IMG/VR virus record: IMGVR_UViG_3300020183_000007
Coordinates: 1 to 64,000 of that record
Reading direction: 5' to 3' (one strand)
Length of the DNA stretch: 64,000 nt
Origin: a virus
The notes beneath the pieces are model-generated. The model made no database searches and had not been told where the DNA came from. It saw only the letters and a program-made list of their open reading frames with translations. How positions within the stretch are numbered: the first letter of the stretch is position 1; each line of letters opens with the position of its first letter. The position numbers and the translations under genes were made by a program. This document shows, one piece after another, positions 19,282 through 29,850 of this stretch.

Positions 19282-22200
19282 TTAAGATGCTGTTCTATCT
19301 AAAAATTCAGCTGGAATAACAATTGTCGAACCCAACTTTTGTCTGAGCTGTTGCAAGGTCATTAGTGGGTAGATAAGCAAGATCTTTACCCCATCACCTT
19401 CTGGCCGCCCTATTTCCAAACTATATTGACTCAAGCTGTTTTTCGTAACAGTTCCGATATTGTAATCTTTACCATCAAGTGAGCCATCGTTTATCCAATA
19501 TCTCCATGTTGCAATTGGAAAAGGGGTAGAGCCTGGTCCGGGTAACTGGACTCTGCCTATATTTAATTGTTGGACCCATAATGATCTAAAATTAGTAGAA
19601 GAAGTCATTTGAGGAACTGCTGTGGCAACAACTTCAGTTGGGGTTGGTATTCTATTTTGAGGAACTGTTGTGGCAACAACTTCAGTTAGGGTTGGTATTC
19701 TATTTATTCTTTGCTCAATTCTATCTGGAGATTGATAAATATCAGGAGCAGCAGGGGGATTTAACTGATAGTAATTTGATTCATACAACGAAGATATATA
19801 ATCGCCAACAGCCTGTGCGTCTTCTGTCGACAAGAGTCTTTTATCACTACCTCCAGAGGAATCCCAACCTTGTTTCCAAATTCTAGTTTGACCATGAATA
19901 TCTATATCACCAGTATAAGGAAAAACATTAGATGTTTCAGATGTAGACTTAGCTCTTAATAAATCATAGTCATCAATTGCAGATTTAATAGAAGATGTTC
20001 TTAACGTTCTAATTGCTGGCTCTGGCGTTACAACAGTTGTTCTAGTTCTCTTAATTGTTCCCATTAAATCATAAACTAATTCACCATTTAATTTAGTTTG
20101 AAAAACTGTTGGTTGATCTATTCCCTCATAAGAAACAAAAGAAGACTTTAATCTAAATGAATAAGAATGAAAACCAGAAGATTGATTGAACCCACTTAAT
20201 AACTGTCTACTTGACGAGCTATTAATTGGTCTCTCCAATAACGTATAAGGTCCCATACCAGAAATAGGAGAAAGAGATCTTGAATATTTTATCGTATAAG
20301 CGTATAACGCTGCGTTTGCTGGATGTGCGGTATTCCCAGTCGGTTGATTAATCTGATGTAGATAATAAGAAGACGGTATATTTACTGTTAAAGAATTATT
20401 ATTATCTATTTTTGTCGCATCTTTAATCGAAACGTCGGGATTTGTTACTTCAATAAAGAAATCTATATCATTAACCGACACCTCAGATAGTATCGAAACC
20501 TGCGTTGCTGGAAGCTTTAATGACATTTTTTCTTTAAAATAATTTAATACACTAGTGTTATTAGAGGCAGAGTTTTTTGTAAGAACACGTGCATAAACAA
20601 ATGTTGAAGATGATATTGGTGTTACTTCAAAATCGTCTTTTTCAGAATCGTCTAGTGCATCACTGTACATTACCCAGGAAGAATTCCAGTCTGTAACAAG
20701 GTTGGTTAAAGAAGATATTGTAGAAGTAGACTGTTGAGCTCTAGCTTTAGAGTACATTGCATAAGAAACCGCATTATATAATAACTTAAACGGTCCCTCT
20801 ATTATTGCTGGTAATACATTTTCTGTCTCAATATTTCCAGCATGCGTGTTTTCATTGTTGTCGTTAACTGGAATTTCGGATCCAGATAAAGAATAGACTT
20901 TATTACAGTATTCCATTACTGGGAAAGTAGTAGCTATAACGTTGCCTTTTGACAAATTATCAACAGCCGGAGAGTATGATATCGCAGCGCCAATAGATTT
21001 CTGAGATCCTGAAGTGGGACCAACTTTAACAAAACTATTATCAGATACAATATTTGAAAAATATTTATAAGTTTTAGGGTTTAAATCTCTTGTGTATCTA
21101 GATCCAAATACTCCATAATAATTTTTTTCAAAAATGTTATCGTTGATATCCCAGCCACCATTTTTATTTGAATTAATAAGATAGCTGTCAGAATTTATAG
21201 AAGCCGTAGTGGCTGACGATGATTCTACCATCTGTAGTTGTGAGCCACAAAAAAGCCTTTGAGCATCAGGGCAATTAGTTAAATCTAAAAATAAGGTACC
21301 AAATTTATTGGTAATATAATCATTGATTTTTTGTGCTTGAAGCGGAGTAATAGAAATATCGGGTGACCAAAAAACAATGTCAAACCTAGACAGATCTTGT
21401 ATCGTGACTGTGTCTATATCTATTAACCAATGTGATTTTGTATTCTTACTTTGTGTATTAATTAATGGATTTTCAAAATTAAAATTAGATAAATTAAATG
21501 GCGAATTTTCTAGCCTATATATTACATACGGGCTAATATTAGATCCCGAGACACTACCGGAATATAGTATGCAAGCATTAACAGTTCTATTGGCTCCGAA
21601 GTTTACCTGTGTTAAATTGAGAGCTCTTCTTACTCTGCCCACAATTCTCCAATTAAATACCTCGTAAGTTCTATAATCTTTTATTGCTTTGCTGGGCACT
21701 ATAGCTTGATACCCATTTTTGACTATATTTGATTGACCAGATGTATTAACAAATCTATTGTCTACTTTCTTTATAGAAAAAGTATTAGAACCCAAATAAT
21801 TAGGGTCTATAACAAAAGATTCTTCAGGGACTTCCTTAAACATTGGTACAGCATTAATATTTTCTGTATATCTAAGCTGATGATTGTGCCTCTTACCTTT
21901 TTCGTCTACCTCAAACTTATTATAGATTATTTTTAAACCAACAGGTGTAGTGGAGTCTAGAAATACAAGAATTCTGTAAGGTAATTCTGTATCATTTAGA
22001 TTGTAGTCTGTTTTAAATGGCTCTAAAAGAATTTTATACTTTGGCTTATTTGTATCTTTATCAACATAATCTTTGCCATATTGATCGATTATTTTAATTC
22101 CCACATCAGAAATCCGTGTGCTGTCCAGATAATCATTTAAAGTAATAACCGAAAAGACAGCTTGAGCGACAGTAAAATATCTACTTACATAATAGTGATG

Positions 22201-22548
22201 GGCAAAATTATTACTATCTATCTCAGAAGAGATAAATTTTTGAGATGATGTAATTCTATTGGTGAAAATATTACTTACGCTAATATCATTATTGGCAATG
22301 GTTGAGGAACCATCCGACCTCGTCAATATGCCAAATTCATCTGCGTACATTAATTCCGACTGATCAGAAAGCGAAATCCTATTTTCCAATATTGTTCCAG
22401 ATAGATCAAATATTGTGATATTTTTTTCTGGAGAAATTGGATCAACATTAAACCACCCTAAAACAACAGAATCTTTAGGTGCATTTTGACCAATCTTAAC
22501 TGATTTCTCATTATTGGAATTTGTTAAATTAACAAACTTTTCCATCAT
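19282..22548 (-). CDS. Large virion structural protein
   Basis: 1088 aa, N/S/T-rich, in the baseplate-fibre block. Confidence 0.7.
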   Translation of the reverse strand: MMEKFVNLTNSNNEKSVKIGQNAPKDSVVLGWFNVDPISPEKNITIFDLSGTILENRISLSDQSELMYADEFGILTRSDGSSTIANNDISVSNIFTNRITSSQKFISSEIDSNNFAHHYYVSRYFTVAQAVFSVITLNDYLDSTRISDVGIKIIDQYGKDYVDKDTNKPKYKILLEPFKTDYNLNDTELPYRILVFLDSTTPVGLKIIYNKFEVDEKGKRHNHQLRYTENINAVPMFKEVPEESFVIDPNYLGSNTFSIKKVDNRFVNTSGQSNIVKNGYQAIVPSKAIKDYRTYEVFNWRIVGRVRRALNLTQVNFGANRTVNACILYSGSVSGSNISPYVIYRLENSPFNLSNFNFENPLINTQSKNTKSHWLIDIDTVTIQDLSRFDIVFWSPDISITPLQAQKINDYITNKFGTLFLDLTNCPDAQRLFCGSQLQMVESSSATTASINSDSYLINSNKNGGWDINDNIFEKNYYGVFGSRYTRDLNPKTYKYFSNIVSDNSFVKVGPTSGSQKSIGAAISYSPAVDNLSKGNVIATTFPVMEYCNKVYSLSGSEIPVNDNNENTHAGNIETENVLPAIIEGPFKLLYNAVSYAMYSKARAQQSTSTISSLTNLVTDWNSSWVMYSDALDDSEKDDFEVTPISSSTFVYARVLTKNSASNNTSVLNYFKEKMSLKLPATQVSILSEVSVNDIDFFIEVTNPDVSIKDATKIDNNNSLTVNIPSSYYLHQINQPTGNTAHPANAALYAYTIKYSRSLSPISGMGPYTLLERPINSSSSRQLLSGFNQSSGFHSYSFRLKSSFVSYEGIDQPTVFQTKLNGELVYDLMGTIKRTRTTVVTPEPAIRTLRTSSIKSAIDDYDLLRAKSTSETSNVFPYTGDIDIHGQTRIWKQGWDSSGGSDKRLLSTEDAQAVGDYISSLYESNYYQLNPPAAPDIYQSPDRIEQRINRIPTLTEVVATTVPQNRIPTPTEVVATAVPQMTSSTNFRSLWVQQLNIGRVQLPGPGSTPFPIATWRYWINDGSLDGKDYNIGTVTKNSLSQYSLEIGRPEGDGVKILLIYPLMTLQQLRQKLGSTIVIPAEFLDRTAS
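19608..19705. repeat. Tandem 48-bp duplication (two copies, in frame, 16 aa)
   Basis: Encodes NRIPTLTEVVATTVPQ / NRIPTPTEVVATAVPQ. Confidence 0.9.
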
Positions 22549-25500
22549 TGTTCCTCATGATCTGGATGCACTAGCTCATAATCAGCTATATGGTTTGGCG
22601 TTGACCCAAAAATGCCCATTTGATACTGATCGTACTTTCTCAAAGGCACCCATCTTGGGGGCGTCCAATTGGGTGTTGCACTGTTATATATAATAGTATT
22701 TGAATCATTGTGTTTATAAACAAAGTTTGGTGTTGCTATAATATCTGATTTTTCCTGCTTATTTGATGTGTAAATATTGGGCAGTGGGGGACTCAGTTCC
22801 TGGTCATACTGGACTGTATCGTAGGACTCATACCAGTAAATAACATCTCCAGATATAGTAACATTTTGGCCAGCATTAATTTCCTGATCTGCCAGCAAAA
22901 TAGTCTTGGCATAGTCTTCATCTGCTATATTTACTCTTGCGAACCAATATCCAGGAGTAGCCGAATCTTGAGCTGTTGCCACACTTGCTATTTCCAACTT
23001 TCCATCAGAAGATGTATAAGCCGTATAATCTGGTGTCGCAGCAAAAAGATCCTTTAAGGTTCTAGCTTTATTCCAGGAAACACGTAAGATTTTACCCCAT
23101 GGCTGATTATTCCATAAAACCTGTCCGACTATAGACACTGACTGATCAGAGCCGGCATTTATTATTAATGAGGATGGCGCAGCTTTTAGTCTTAGTATTT
23201 CCGAATCTGCGATATTAATATCAAATGGTACAAATGTTACATATCCTTGGGTCTGACTATTGACATTGCCGTACGGAGTTGCAGAGCCAATTCCAGAAAT
23301 GAACACATTGCTTGACTGATATTTCTCTTCACCAGTGTAGGAATAGCGAATTATAGTTTTGGCTATACCATTATCATTAGTGGTAACATAGGCTGGTGTA
23401 GCTGAAACTATATCGCCATAAACATGAAAAGTTTGACCTGGCTTAAAATTATTATTTTCATCATAAGAAACAATGGTCAAATACATTAAATCATCTTGTA
23501 AGTTAGAGATATTTCCTGGAGACAAAACTGCTTTTGCGCTAGCAAAATTGTAATCTGTCTTTGAAATATACACAAACCCTTCGTCTAATGGATTTAACGA
23601 GGGCAGCAATGAAAGATCTATCGAATGACTATTATCATTCAATGAAGACTCATACGTAACAGAGTAGACTTGATCTGTATTTGGGGTAGAGCTAAAGTAA
23701 ACTGATGAACTAAAAATTTCGGTATTAGGGTTGTATACGTTTTTGTCAACATACCAGGCATTTCTGACATCGTAACTGACATTATACTTTCTGCCATATA
23801 CAGAAGGTGTTGCAGCGCTGAAGCAATTCAACTCATTTGTGGAAGTAGATAAATTATCAAATAGTACAACACCAGTGTAGGAATCTGTAACAGATATATT
23901 TTCAACATTTTGATAAGCTAGGTAAATAGTGTTGCTAACGTTACCGTAAATTTCTTCAGTATTACTAAATAAAATATTTCCAGGAGTTGCAGCGTCTTCA
24001 AAAAGAATATTTCTATATTCCTCTTCGCCTACTTTGACTATTATTGGGGAACCAGATCTTGGATATCGACTAATCGGCAGGGAGAAAAATCTCCCTGTGG
24101 CGGAATCAGTAATTGGATTGGAATATATATAGTATTCATCTTGATTTAAGTATAGCCAGCCAGTATGAATTGCTGGATTATTTTGCACTACTTCCTGAAT
24201 GTCTCTAGCTATTCTTACGTCAATATCTATATCTTCATTATTACTAAATGCGTTATTAATATTTGTAATTGAAGAATTTTTATCACTTACATATGGCTCT
24301 ATATATTGAGTATCAGATATTAATTGTATATCTTTTATAATATAATTTATTTCAGAATTTAATCCAAAAGAGTCTTTTGATAAATAAATTCTCTTTAGGA
24401 AATCATCTGAATTAAAGAATAGATTATCTGCCGCCTCTGAACTTTCGTAGACATTATCCAAAGAATCTATATACCCACTAAATATTTGAGGTGTTGTTTC
24501 AGAAGTGAAAGGTGAATACTTGGTAAAATAAATGGGATAGAAATTATTACTAGCTGATTCAAATGTTAAATACGATGGTGTCGCATAATAGTTTATTGTA
24601 GCTGAATCAAAGTAATCTGGGCTGGCAATTTCAGCGTTTGAAGAATTATAGGTTTTATATATTATATTTGGAGATGATGGGACAAGATATCTTTCATTAT
24701 CATCTGGATTTATAGCTGCACCGCCATGCAAAGTATTTATAATGCTAGTTTCATTAAAGTAAGTTAGACCAATAGGTTTAATATTGTCTATATATAGATA
24801 TTGAGGTGTTGCTTGAGGCGGAAGGATCAATCTATCTACAAGATCATCTATGTGCATAGAATAATTTTGTGTCCCCGATGCAGTTAAATTGTTGCTTTCA
24901 TTTAAAAAGAATGATGACGTAATCGTTTGAGTATTAAAACTTGCTAGCTTTGTTTCATATACAGTTGATCCTATTCTTATATTGGCATCTGTGTACGTAT
25001 AATTACTTGGAGAAGCCAACTCAACTTGCTGCATATAAGAAGGATTAGTATAATAGGTCGTGCTGGGAGTAGATTTAGAGAATCCTCCTCTGTAGTTTGC
25101 GGTAGCTAAAGACTTATCATATGTTTGTGTAACATAATTCCATCCACCGTTTGAGAAAACTATTTTTACAGAATCTACATCGTCAAAATTAATTGTATTT
25201 ACACTAGGCGAACTTGAGGCATTATAATATAGGTTGTTATAGATCTTATCTTTAAACTGAAGAGTAGATACTGTATACCCATCATCATTAAAAATTTTAA
25301 TTAAATTAAACTCTGGACTGGATGGATGATTCTCTGAAAATCTATTTCCAACATAAAAATCATCTCTATTTAAATAATTTAAATTAGAATAAAAAGTTGA
25401 TGGTGTTGCGTAATTAGCGTGAGCTTTAACACCTATTTCATAAGTTAAACCAACTCCAATTCTAGATGAAGTATTCCTATAAACTCTAACGTGGCCAGCG

Positions 25501-27635
25501 CTACTTCCAGATCCCTCATTGAAAATACCCCCTATAGCTAGAATAGTTCCGTCTGAAGAAAGCGAAACAGAATAACCCGATAGATCGCCAGCTGCTTCTC
25601 CATCTATATCGGAGCCTCTTTGGTTCCAGGATGTTCCGTTCCAAACGTATACTCTAACGTGGCCAGCGTTACTTCCAGATCCATCATTACCCGTAGCCCC
25701 TATAGCTAAAATGGTTCCGTCTGAAGAAAGCGAAACAGAATAACCCGATGTATCGCCAGCTACCTCTCCATCTATATCGGAGCCTCTTTGGTTCCAGGAT
25801 GTTCCGTTCCAAACGTATACTCTAACGTGGCCAGCGTTACTTCCAGATCCATCATTGAAAATACCCCCTATAGCTAGAATAGTTCCGTCTGAAGAAAGCG
25901 AAACAGAATAACCCGATTGATCGCCAGCTACCTCTCCATCTATATCGGAGCCTCTTTGGTCCCAGGACTGAAGAGTCATCCCCGCTGCGTAATCTGGAAC
26001 TCTCTTTAGATAAGAAAGATACCAAGAATAATCAACTTTGATTGGAGCATAAACCTCTTCAATGCCATCCTCGTAGATACCAGATATGCTTACGTATCCA
26101 GAAAAAGACGTTGTAGCCTTTTCTTCAGCCTCTAGTATTAGCTTAGCGTCGGCGTAGTCACCAACACCAGATTGATAATACTGTGGCGAAGAACTGGTAT
26201 CGACATCATATATAGCAGGGATATAGGATATGCCTTCTCCATCCATTCCGCCGTAATCCCAATATCCTTCTTCCCATCTAACATAACCTATATTTGAAGG
26301 ATATCTTTCGTTAATACTTTCGATAAGATCAACGAATGGCTTAAGGGGTTTGCCTGAAGGAGTAAACCATGGAGTACTTTTTTCCATATCAGAAATTTCG
26401 ATAACATCTGGAGTTGCGCCAAGATAATCTGAATCTGGTTCAAGACCATAAGCTTTCCATATATCCAGCTCTCTTCTTACGGTTCTTTTAAATCCATCCG
26501 TATGAGCTGCGGGATAATTTAATGATACATCAAGAATTCTTTTCTTGTATCTGGAATTAGACTCCAACAGCAACCTAGGAAGACCCACCCGTGCACCAAA
26601 TTCATCAAAATTATTTGGTACGTGCAAAGGTTGTTGGTTGTATTCGGTATCATTTATTTTTAATGAAGAAAACTCCCGCATAGATATTATTTGCTTGTTT
26701 GCCTGACTGTAATAATATACGTAGTCAGTTGATTGGCACCTATAGAATGAAGCCAAACTGTCCATCTGAACAAGTGGAACATCGTCTCCTGTAACCTTTA
26801 GAATATTTACAGGTACATCATAGGAAACATAAGCCCAGGCAAGCATGTTTTCATCTGCGCTTGATATATAATGATTAATATCGTAAAGGTTTAATTCATT
26901 ATCAAAATTATCAAGAGTCTCTTGAACTAACGCTGTTAAGAATTTTCCAGCTGTAGAACTCGGAACAAACAATGACGGTGTTGCAGGATTTTCTGAATCT
27001 GCAAACATATCTGTCCAAGTTGGAAACCTCTTTAATATATTTCTAGCGTGTTCGGAAGCAATAGCTGGAACTGGATCGTGTACCCCAACCTCTAAATAGA
27101 ATAGAAGACCTAGATCATTAGTGTTTAATGTTTCAGTAAATATTTCTAGTTCTATTTTTATCCAAGGCTTACAATCTCTTATGAAAATTATATTTGAATC
27201 AAAAGATAATACAGACTTTAACCATGGACCGTCCGCAGAGTCTGATTCATGCATTTGCAAATTAAATGTTGGAACCTCAGTTCCGGGAAGATTGGTGAAG
27301 ACATGTCTATACGCCAATACATCTATTTTTGATGTAGTATCAACAAATCTTAATACAGAAGGAGTGGCCTGCTCGTAAACAATTTCACCAATATCAGTAA
27401 CGTATAATGCGCTATTCGATAAAGGGGTAGCAAGTTCTGCGGTATAAGATGGAGAGGTATATTCTAGCCCAACGTATATATTGTCGCCTATTGTGTTTAG
27501 GCCATATCTTGATCTCACATAGGAATAATTGGTAAAGGAGTCATTTTTATATAGATTTATAGCATTACTTGTCCATGTGTTGCCGGACTTATTGAAGTCT
27601 CCGCTTTTTAAAAGTAACAAATACTGCTTCATCAA
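22545..27635 (-). CDS. Large baseplate wedge/fibre protein with an FG-GAP-like repeat insert and 15 Ala-Thr-Pro motifs
   Basis: Follows baseplate J. NNFDEFGARVGLPRLLLESNSRYKKRIL resembles wedge/tail-protein-I-type segments. Confidence 0.7.
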   Translation of the reverse strand: MMKQYLLLLKSGDFNKSGNTWTSNAINLYKNDSFTNYSYVRSRYGLNTIGDNIYVGLEYTSPSYTAELATPLSNSALYVTDIGEIVYEQATPSVLRFVDTTSKIDVLAYRHVFTNLPGTEVPTFNLQMHESDSADGPWLKSVLSFDSNIIFIRDCKPWIKIELEIFTETLNTNDLGLLFYLEVGVHDPVPAIASEHARNILKRFPTWTDMFADSENPATPSLFVPSSTAGKFLTALVQETLDNFDNELNLYDINHYISSADENMLAWAYVSYDVPVNILKVTGDDVPLVQMDSLASFYRCQSTDYVYYYSQANKQIISMREFSSLKINDTEYNQQPLHVPNNFDEFGARVGLPRLLLESNSRYKKRILDVSLNYPAAHTDGFKRTVRRELDIWKAYGLEPDSDYLGATPDVIEISDMEKSTPWFTPSGKPLKPFVDLIESINERYPSNIGYVRWEEGYWDYGGMDGEGISYIPAIYDVDTSSSPQYYQSGVGDYADAKLILEAEEKATTSFSGYVSISGIYEDGIEEVYAPIKVDYSWYLSYLKRVPDYAAGMTLQSWDQRGSDIDGEVAGDQSGYSVSLSSDGTILAIGGIFNDGSGSNAGHVRVYVWNGTSWNQRGSDIDGEVAGDTSGYSVSLSSDGTILAIGATGNDGSGSNAGHVRVYVWNGTSWNQRGSDIDGEAAGDLSGYSVSLSSDGTILAIGGIFNEGSGSSAGHVRVYRNTSSRIGVGLTYEIGVKAHANYATPSTFYSNLNYLNRDDFYVGNRFSENHPSSPEFNLIKIFNDDGYTVSTLQFKDKIYNNLYYNASSSPSVNTINFDDVDSVKIVFSNGGWNYVTQTYDKSLATANYRGGFSKSTPSTTYYTNPSYMQQVELASPSNYTYTDANIRIGSTVYETKLASFNTQTITSSFFLNESNNLTASGTQNYSMHIDDLVDRLILPPQATPQYLYIDNIKPIGLTYFNETSIINTLHGGAAINPDDNERYLVPSSPNIIYKTYNSSNAEIASPDYFDSATINYYATPSYLTFESASNNFYPIYFTKYSPFTSETTPQIFSGYIDSLDNVYESSEAADNLFFNSDDFLKRIYLSKDSFGLNSEINYIIKDIQLISDTQYIEPYVSDKNSSITNINNAFSNNEDIDIDVRIARDIQEVVQNNPAIHTGWLYLNQDEYYIYSNPITDSATGRFFSLPISRYPRSGSPIIVKVGEEEYRNILFEDAATPGNILFSNTEEIYGNVSNTIYLAYQNVENISVTDSYTGVVLFDNLSTSTNELNCFSAATPSVYGRKYNVSYDVRNAWYVDKNVYNPNTEIFSSSVYFSSTPNTDQVYSVTYESSLNDNSHSIDLSLLPSLNPLDEGFVYISKTDYNFASAKAVLSPGNISNLQDDLMYLTIVSYDENNNFKPGQTFHVYGDIVSATPAYVTTNDNGIAKTIIRYSYTGEEKYQSSNVFISGIGSATPYGNVNSQTQGYVTFVPFDINIADSEILRLKAAPSSLIINAGSDQSVSIVGQVLWNNQPWGKILRVSWNKARTLKDLFAATPDYTAYTSSDGKLEIASVATAQDSATPGYWFARVNIADEDYAKTILLADQEINAGQNVTISGDVIYWYESYDTVQYDQELSPPLPNIYTSNKQEKSDIIATPNFVYKHNDSNTIIYNSATPNWTPPRWVPLRKYDQYQMGIFGSTPNHIADYELVHPDHEEQ
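25483..25967. repeat. Tandem 168-bp repeats (~2.9 copies) encoding 56-aa FG-GAP-like propeller blades
   Basis: Unit starts (actctaacgtggccagcg) at 25483, 25651 and 25819; near-identical DNA. Confidence 0.92.
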
Positions 27636-27661
27636 TCATCCTTAAAATATTAATTTATAAA

Positions 27662-28831
27662 TTAATAATTAGTTCCACCCATTATAACAGAACTCACACT
27701 TATCGCACCTGCTACTGGATATTTTTTAACTGTATCTAATGAGAAATCTGCAATTGGGAGAACTGAACCATCGGCTAACATTGCCGTTATATAGCATCCG
27801 CGAATATAATCTGATGATAACTTAATCTGCCTTTCAATTTCAGAAACTAATACTACATCTCCTACGGTTAATGAATTTAGATACCTCTTTACAAAAAGTG
27901 AAGCCTGATTTCTAATTCCACTAGCAAGATTTTCACTTAAGCCCATTGGTAAACTAACGGTTATCTCTACATTTATGCTAACTCGTTCGGCCATCCTAAC
28001 ATTAAATCTCACTCCAATTGGTTTGACAGCGCTAACTGCTATCATTACTCTTTGAGGTAAATTTGCCATATCAGTAGCTGTTTCTGGCACAATTATGACG
28101 TCACATGATCCAACTCCATATGTACCCTCCCTAATTCTAACGTCCCTAACTCCTCTAACCGCTAAGGCTGCAAATCTAATTGACTCAGCTGTACCTGGAG
28201 CTTTTGCTTTTACAGAAGCTATGATTCTTCTTCTAAAATTAGTATCTGATTCTGCGCTCGTGTTAGAGTGAACCTCTTTTGGATTGGAGCAAAATAATAT
28301 TACTCCAGCCGGAGAAAAAGCATTGTGTTTAGTTAAAGTGCTAACTGGCGCAACATAAGCGTTGTCTGTGAAATTTGGATCAACTCTTCCATAGGCCCTG
28401 GTGGATCCTTTGCCAATAATTACATCTCCAGCTAATTTATATGTGTATTGCTTTGTGATAAAATTAGATACATCATTATAAACTAATGTTCCAGACGGTA
28501 TTGTCACATCTGTACTATGCGGTTTATCAATAAAAAATTGAATATTAAAAGATTCACGATCCTGGCTTGAATAGTCGCTAACATTTCTTCTAGTTATACC
28601 ATACAAATCGCCTATAAGATCTAAATTTCTCCCGGATGCGGTCATAAGATCTCCCTGCATAAGGTTGAATCTCAGTGCCTCATACAAGTCCGACACTTCA
28701 CTGGTGAAGGCTTCAGCAAAAGCTCTAGCTATAGAGCCTGGATAAACAGCCGATATGCCTGCATTTTTTTGTAAACCATTTAAAACGCTGACTAATATGT
28801 CAGCTTTATTTTTTATTCCGTACATTGGCAT
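27662..28831 (-). CDS. Baseplate J-like wedge protein
   Basis: ASGRNLDLIGDLYGITRR, VTIPSGTLV, AESDTNFRRRI, GTAESIRFAALAVRGVRDV. Confidence 0.9.
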   Translation of the reverse strand: MPMYGIKNKADILVSVLNGLQKNAGISAVYPGSIARAFAEAFTSEVSDLYEALRFNLMQGDLMTASGRNLDLIGDLYGITRRNVSDYSSQDRESFNIQFFIDKPHSTDVTIPSGTLVYNDVSNFITKQYTYKLAGDVIIGKGSTRAYGRVDPNFTDNAYVAPVSTLTKHNAFSPAGVILFCSNPKEVHSNTSAESDTNFRRRIIASVKAKAPGTAESIRFAALAVRGVRDVRIREGTYGVGSCDVIIVPETATDMANLPQRVMIAVSAVKPIGVRFNVRMAERVSINVEITVSLPMGLSENLASGIRNQASLFVKRYLNSLTVGDVVLVSEIERQIKLSSDYIRGCYITAMLADGSVLPIADFSLDTVKKYPVAGAISVSSVIMGGTNY

Positions 28832-28832
28832 C

Positions 28833-29213
28833 TCATGCTCCTAAAGTTTGGCTAACGGAAAGAATAATGGGCTCATTGATATCTGATATGATGTGAATAT
28901 CAAATCTGATTATATCCCTACTTGTTGGGACTGCCTTAATTTGAATACCCCTACCCTTAAAAAGACCTTCTTTTTGAATACCAGCCATTATTAAGGCTTT
29001 GCCAAATTCAGCTGTTTCCTTGGTTTGTGGCATTCCATAGAGTCTTGAAAGATCCACCCCTAACTGTGGATAAATATAGAAATCTCCAGGTTCAGTCATA
29101 ATTCTTAAGTAAATCTGCTGGACATCCTCATGCATAGAGGATGGAGCTAGGGCAATATCCCTATTACCATCAAGCATCAGGTCTCCATTTAATGTCAAAT
29201 ACAAATCACTCAT
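28833..29213 (-). CDS. Baseplate wedge / sheath initiator (gp25-like)
   Basis: DLYLTLNGDLML, QQIYLRIMTEPGDF..YPQLGVDL; lies immediately upstream of baseplate J. Confidence 0.8.
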   Translation of the reverse strand: MSDLYLTLNGDLMLDGNRDIALAPSSMHEDVQQIYLRIMTEPGDFYIYPQLGVDLSRLYGMPQTKETAEFGKALIMAGIQKEGLFKGRGIQIKAVPTSRDIIRFDIHIISDINEPIILSVSQTLGA

Positions 29214-29850
29214 TTGTTTCCTTTAATGCAAGATTATGAGCTTGCTCAAAACTACTTCCATCTTTTATTAACTGAATCATCAACAATATATGCTCTTTGG
29301 AGTGATCCGTCTGATATATCTCAAGTAGAGCTATTTGCTCATCGGTTAGCCCAGCTAAATCATATTCCGATTCATATGATTGTTGAGTTTGCTCTTGTTT
29401 TTTGGCAAAACCAAACTCACCTACTATAGTAATAGGAATTTGTGTTTCTTGATCTGCATATTCTTGAGCATTATTTAAATAATAGGCAACACCGTTAGTT
29501 GCTGAATGAATATTTTTATGATTAATCTTTACTAAAGTTGGCTCTATATAAGAGGAGGCGCAATAGTTAAAGTTGTAGCTATTCCATCTTAGCCCGTCTT
29601 CTTTTGTAAATAATCTTACAGAATCTCCAAATAAAGAAATAGATTTGGACTTTGCACTTATAACGATACCAACACCAGGCGCAGCAAATATTTCTATATC
29701 GCCACGATCATTTAATCTTATAAAACTAGATAGATCTGGATGAGTTAGCCCAACTTCTCTTTCGGAAAACTCTTTTCTTTTTCTAATCTCAACCCCTACG
29801 GGAACCGTAGGTTGCTGATAGTTATCTCTTTGTATCGATTCTTTAGTCAT
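29206..29850 (-). CDS. Probable spike-associated protein
   Basis: Beta-strand run SFIRLNDRGDIEIFA..GVGIVIS; positioned between spike and wedge. Confidence 0.55.
   Translation of the reverse strand: MTKESIQRDNYQQPTVPVGVEIRKRKEFSEREVGLTHPDLSSFIRLNDRGDIEIFAAPGVGIVISAKSKSISLFGDSVRLFTKEDGLRWNSYNFNYCASSYIEPTLVKINHKNIHSATNGVAYYLNNAQEYADQETQIPITIVGEFGFAKKQEQTQQSYESEYDLAGLTDEQIALLEIYQTDHSKEHILLMIQLIKDGSSFEQAHNLALKETNE

Noticed and set aside
25483-25967. Possible CRISPR array
   Set aside because: The units are contiguous 168-bp in-frame coding repeats without unique spacers.
22854-29432. Intragenic TTACTATA hits (22854, 29425) as promoters
   Set aside because: Several hits are expected by chance in AT-rich DNA, and there is no other support.
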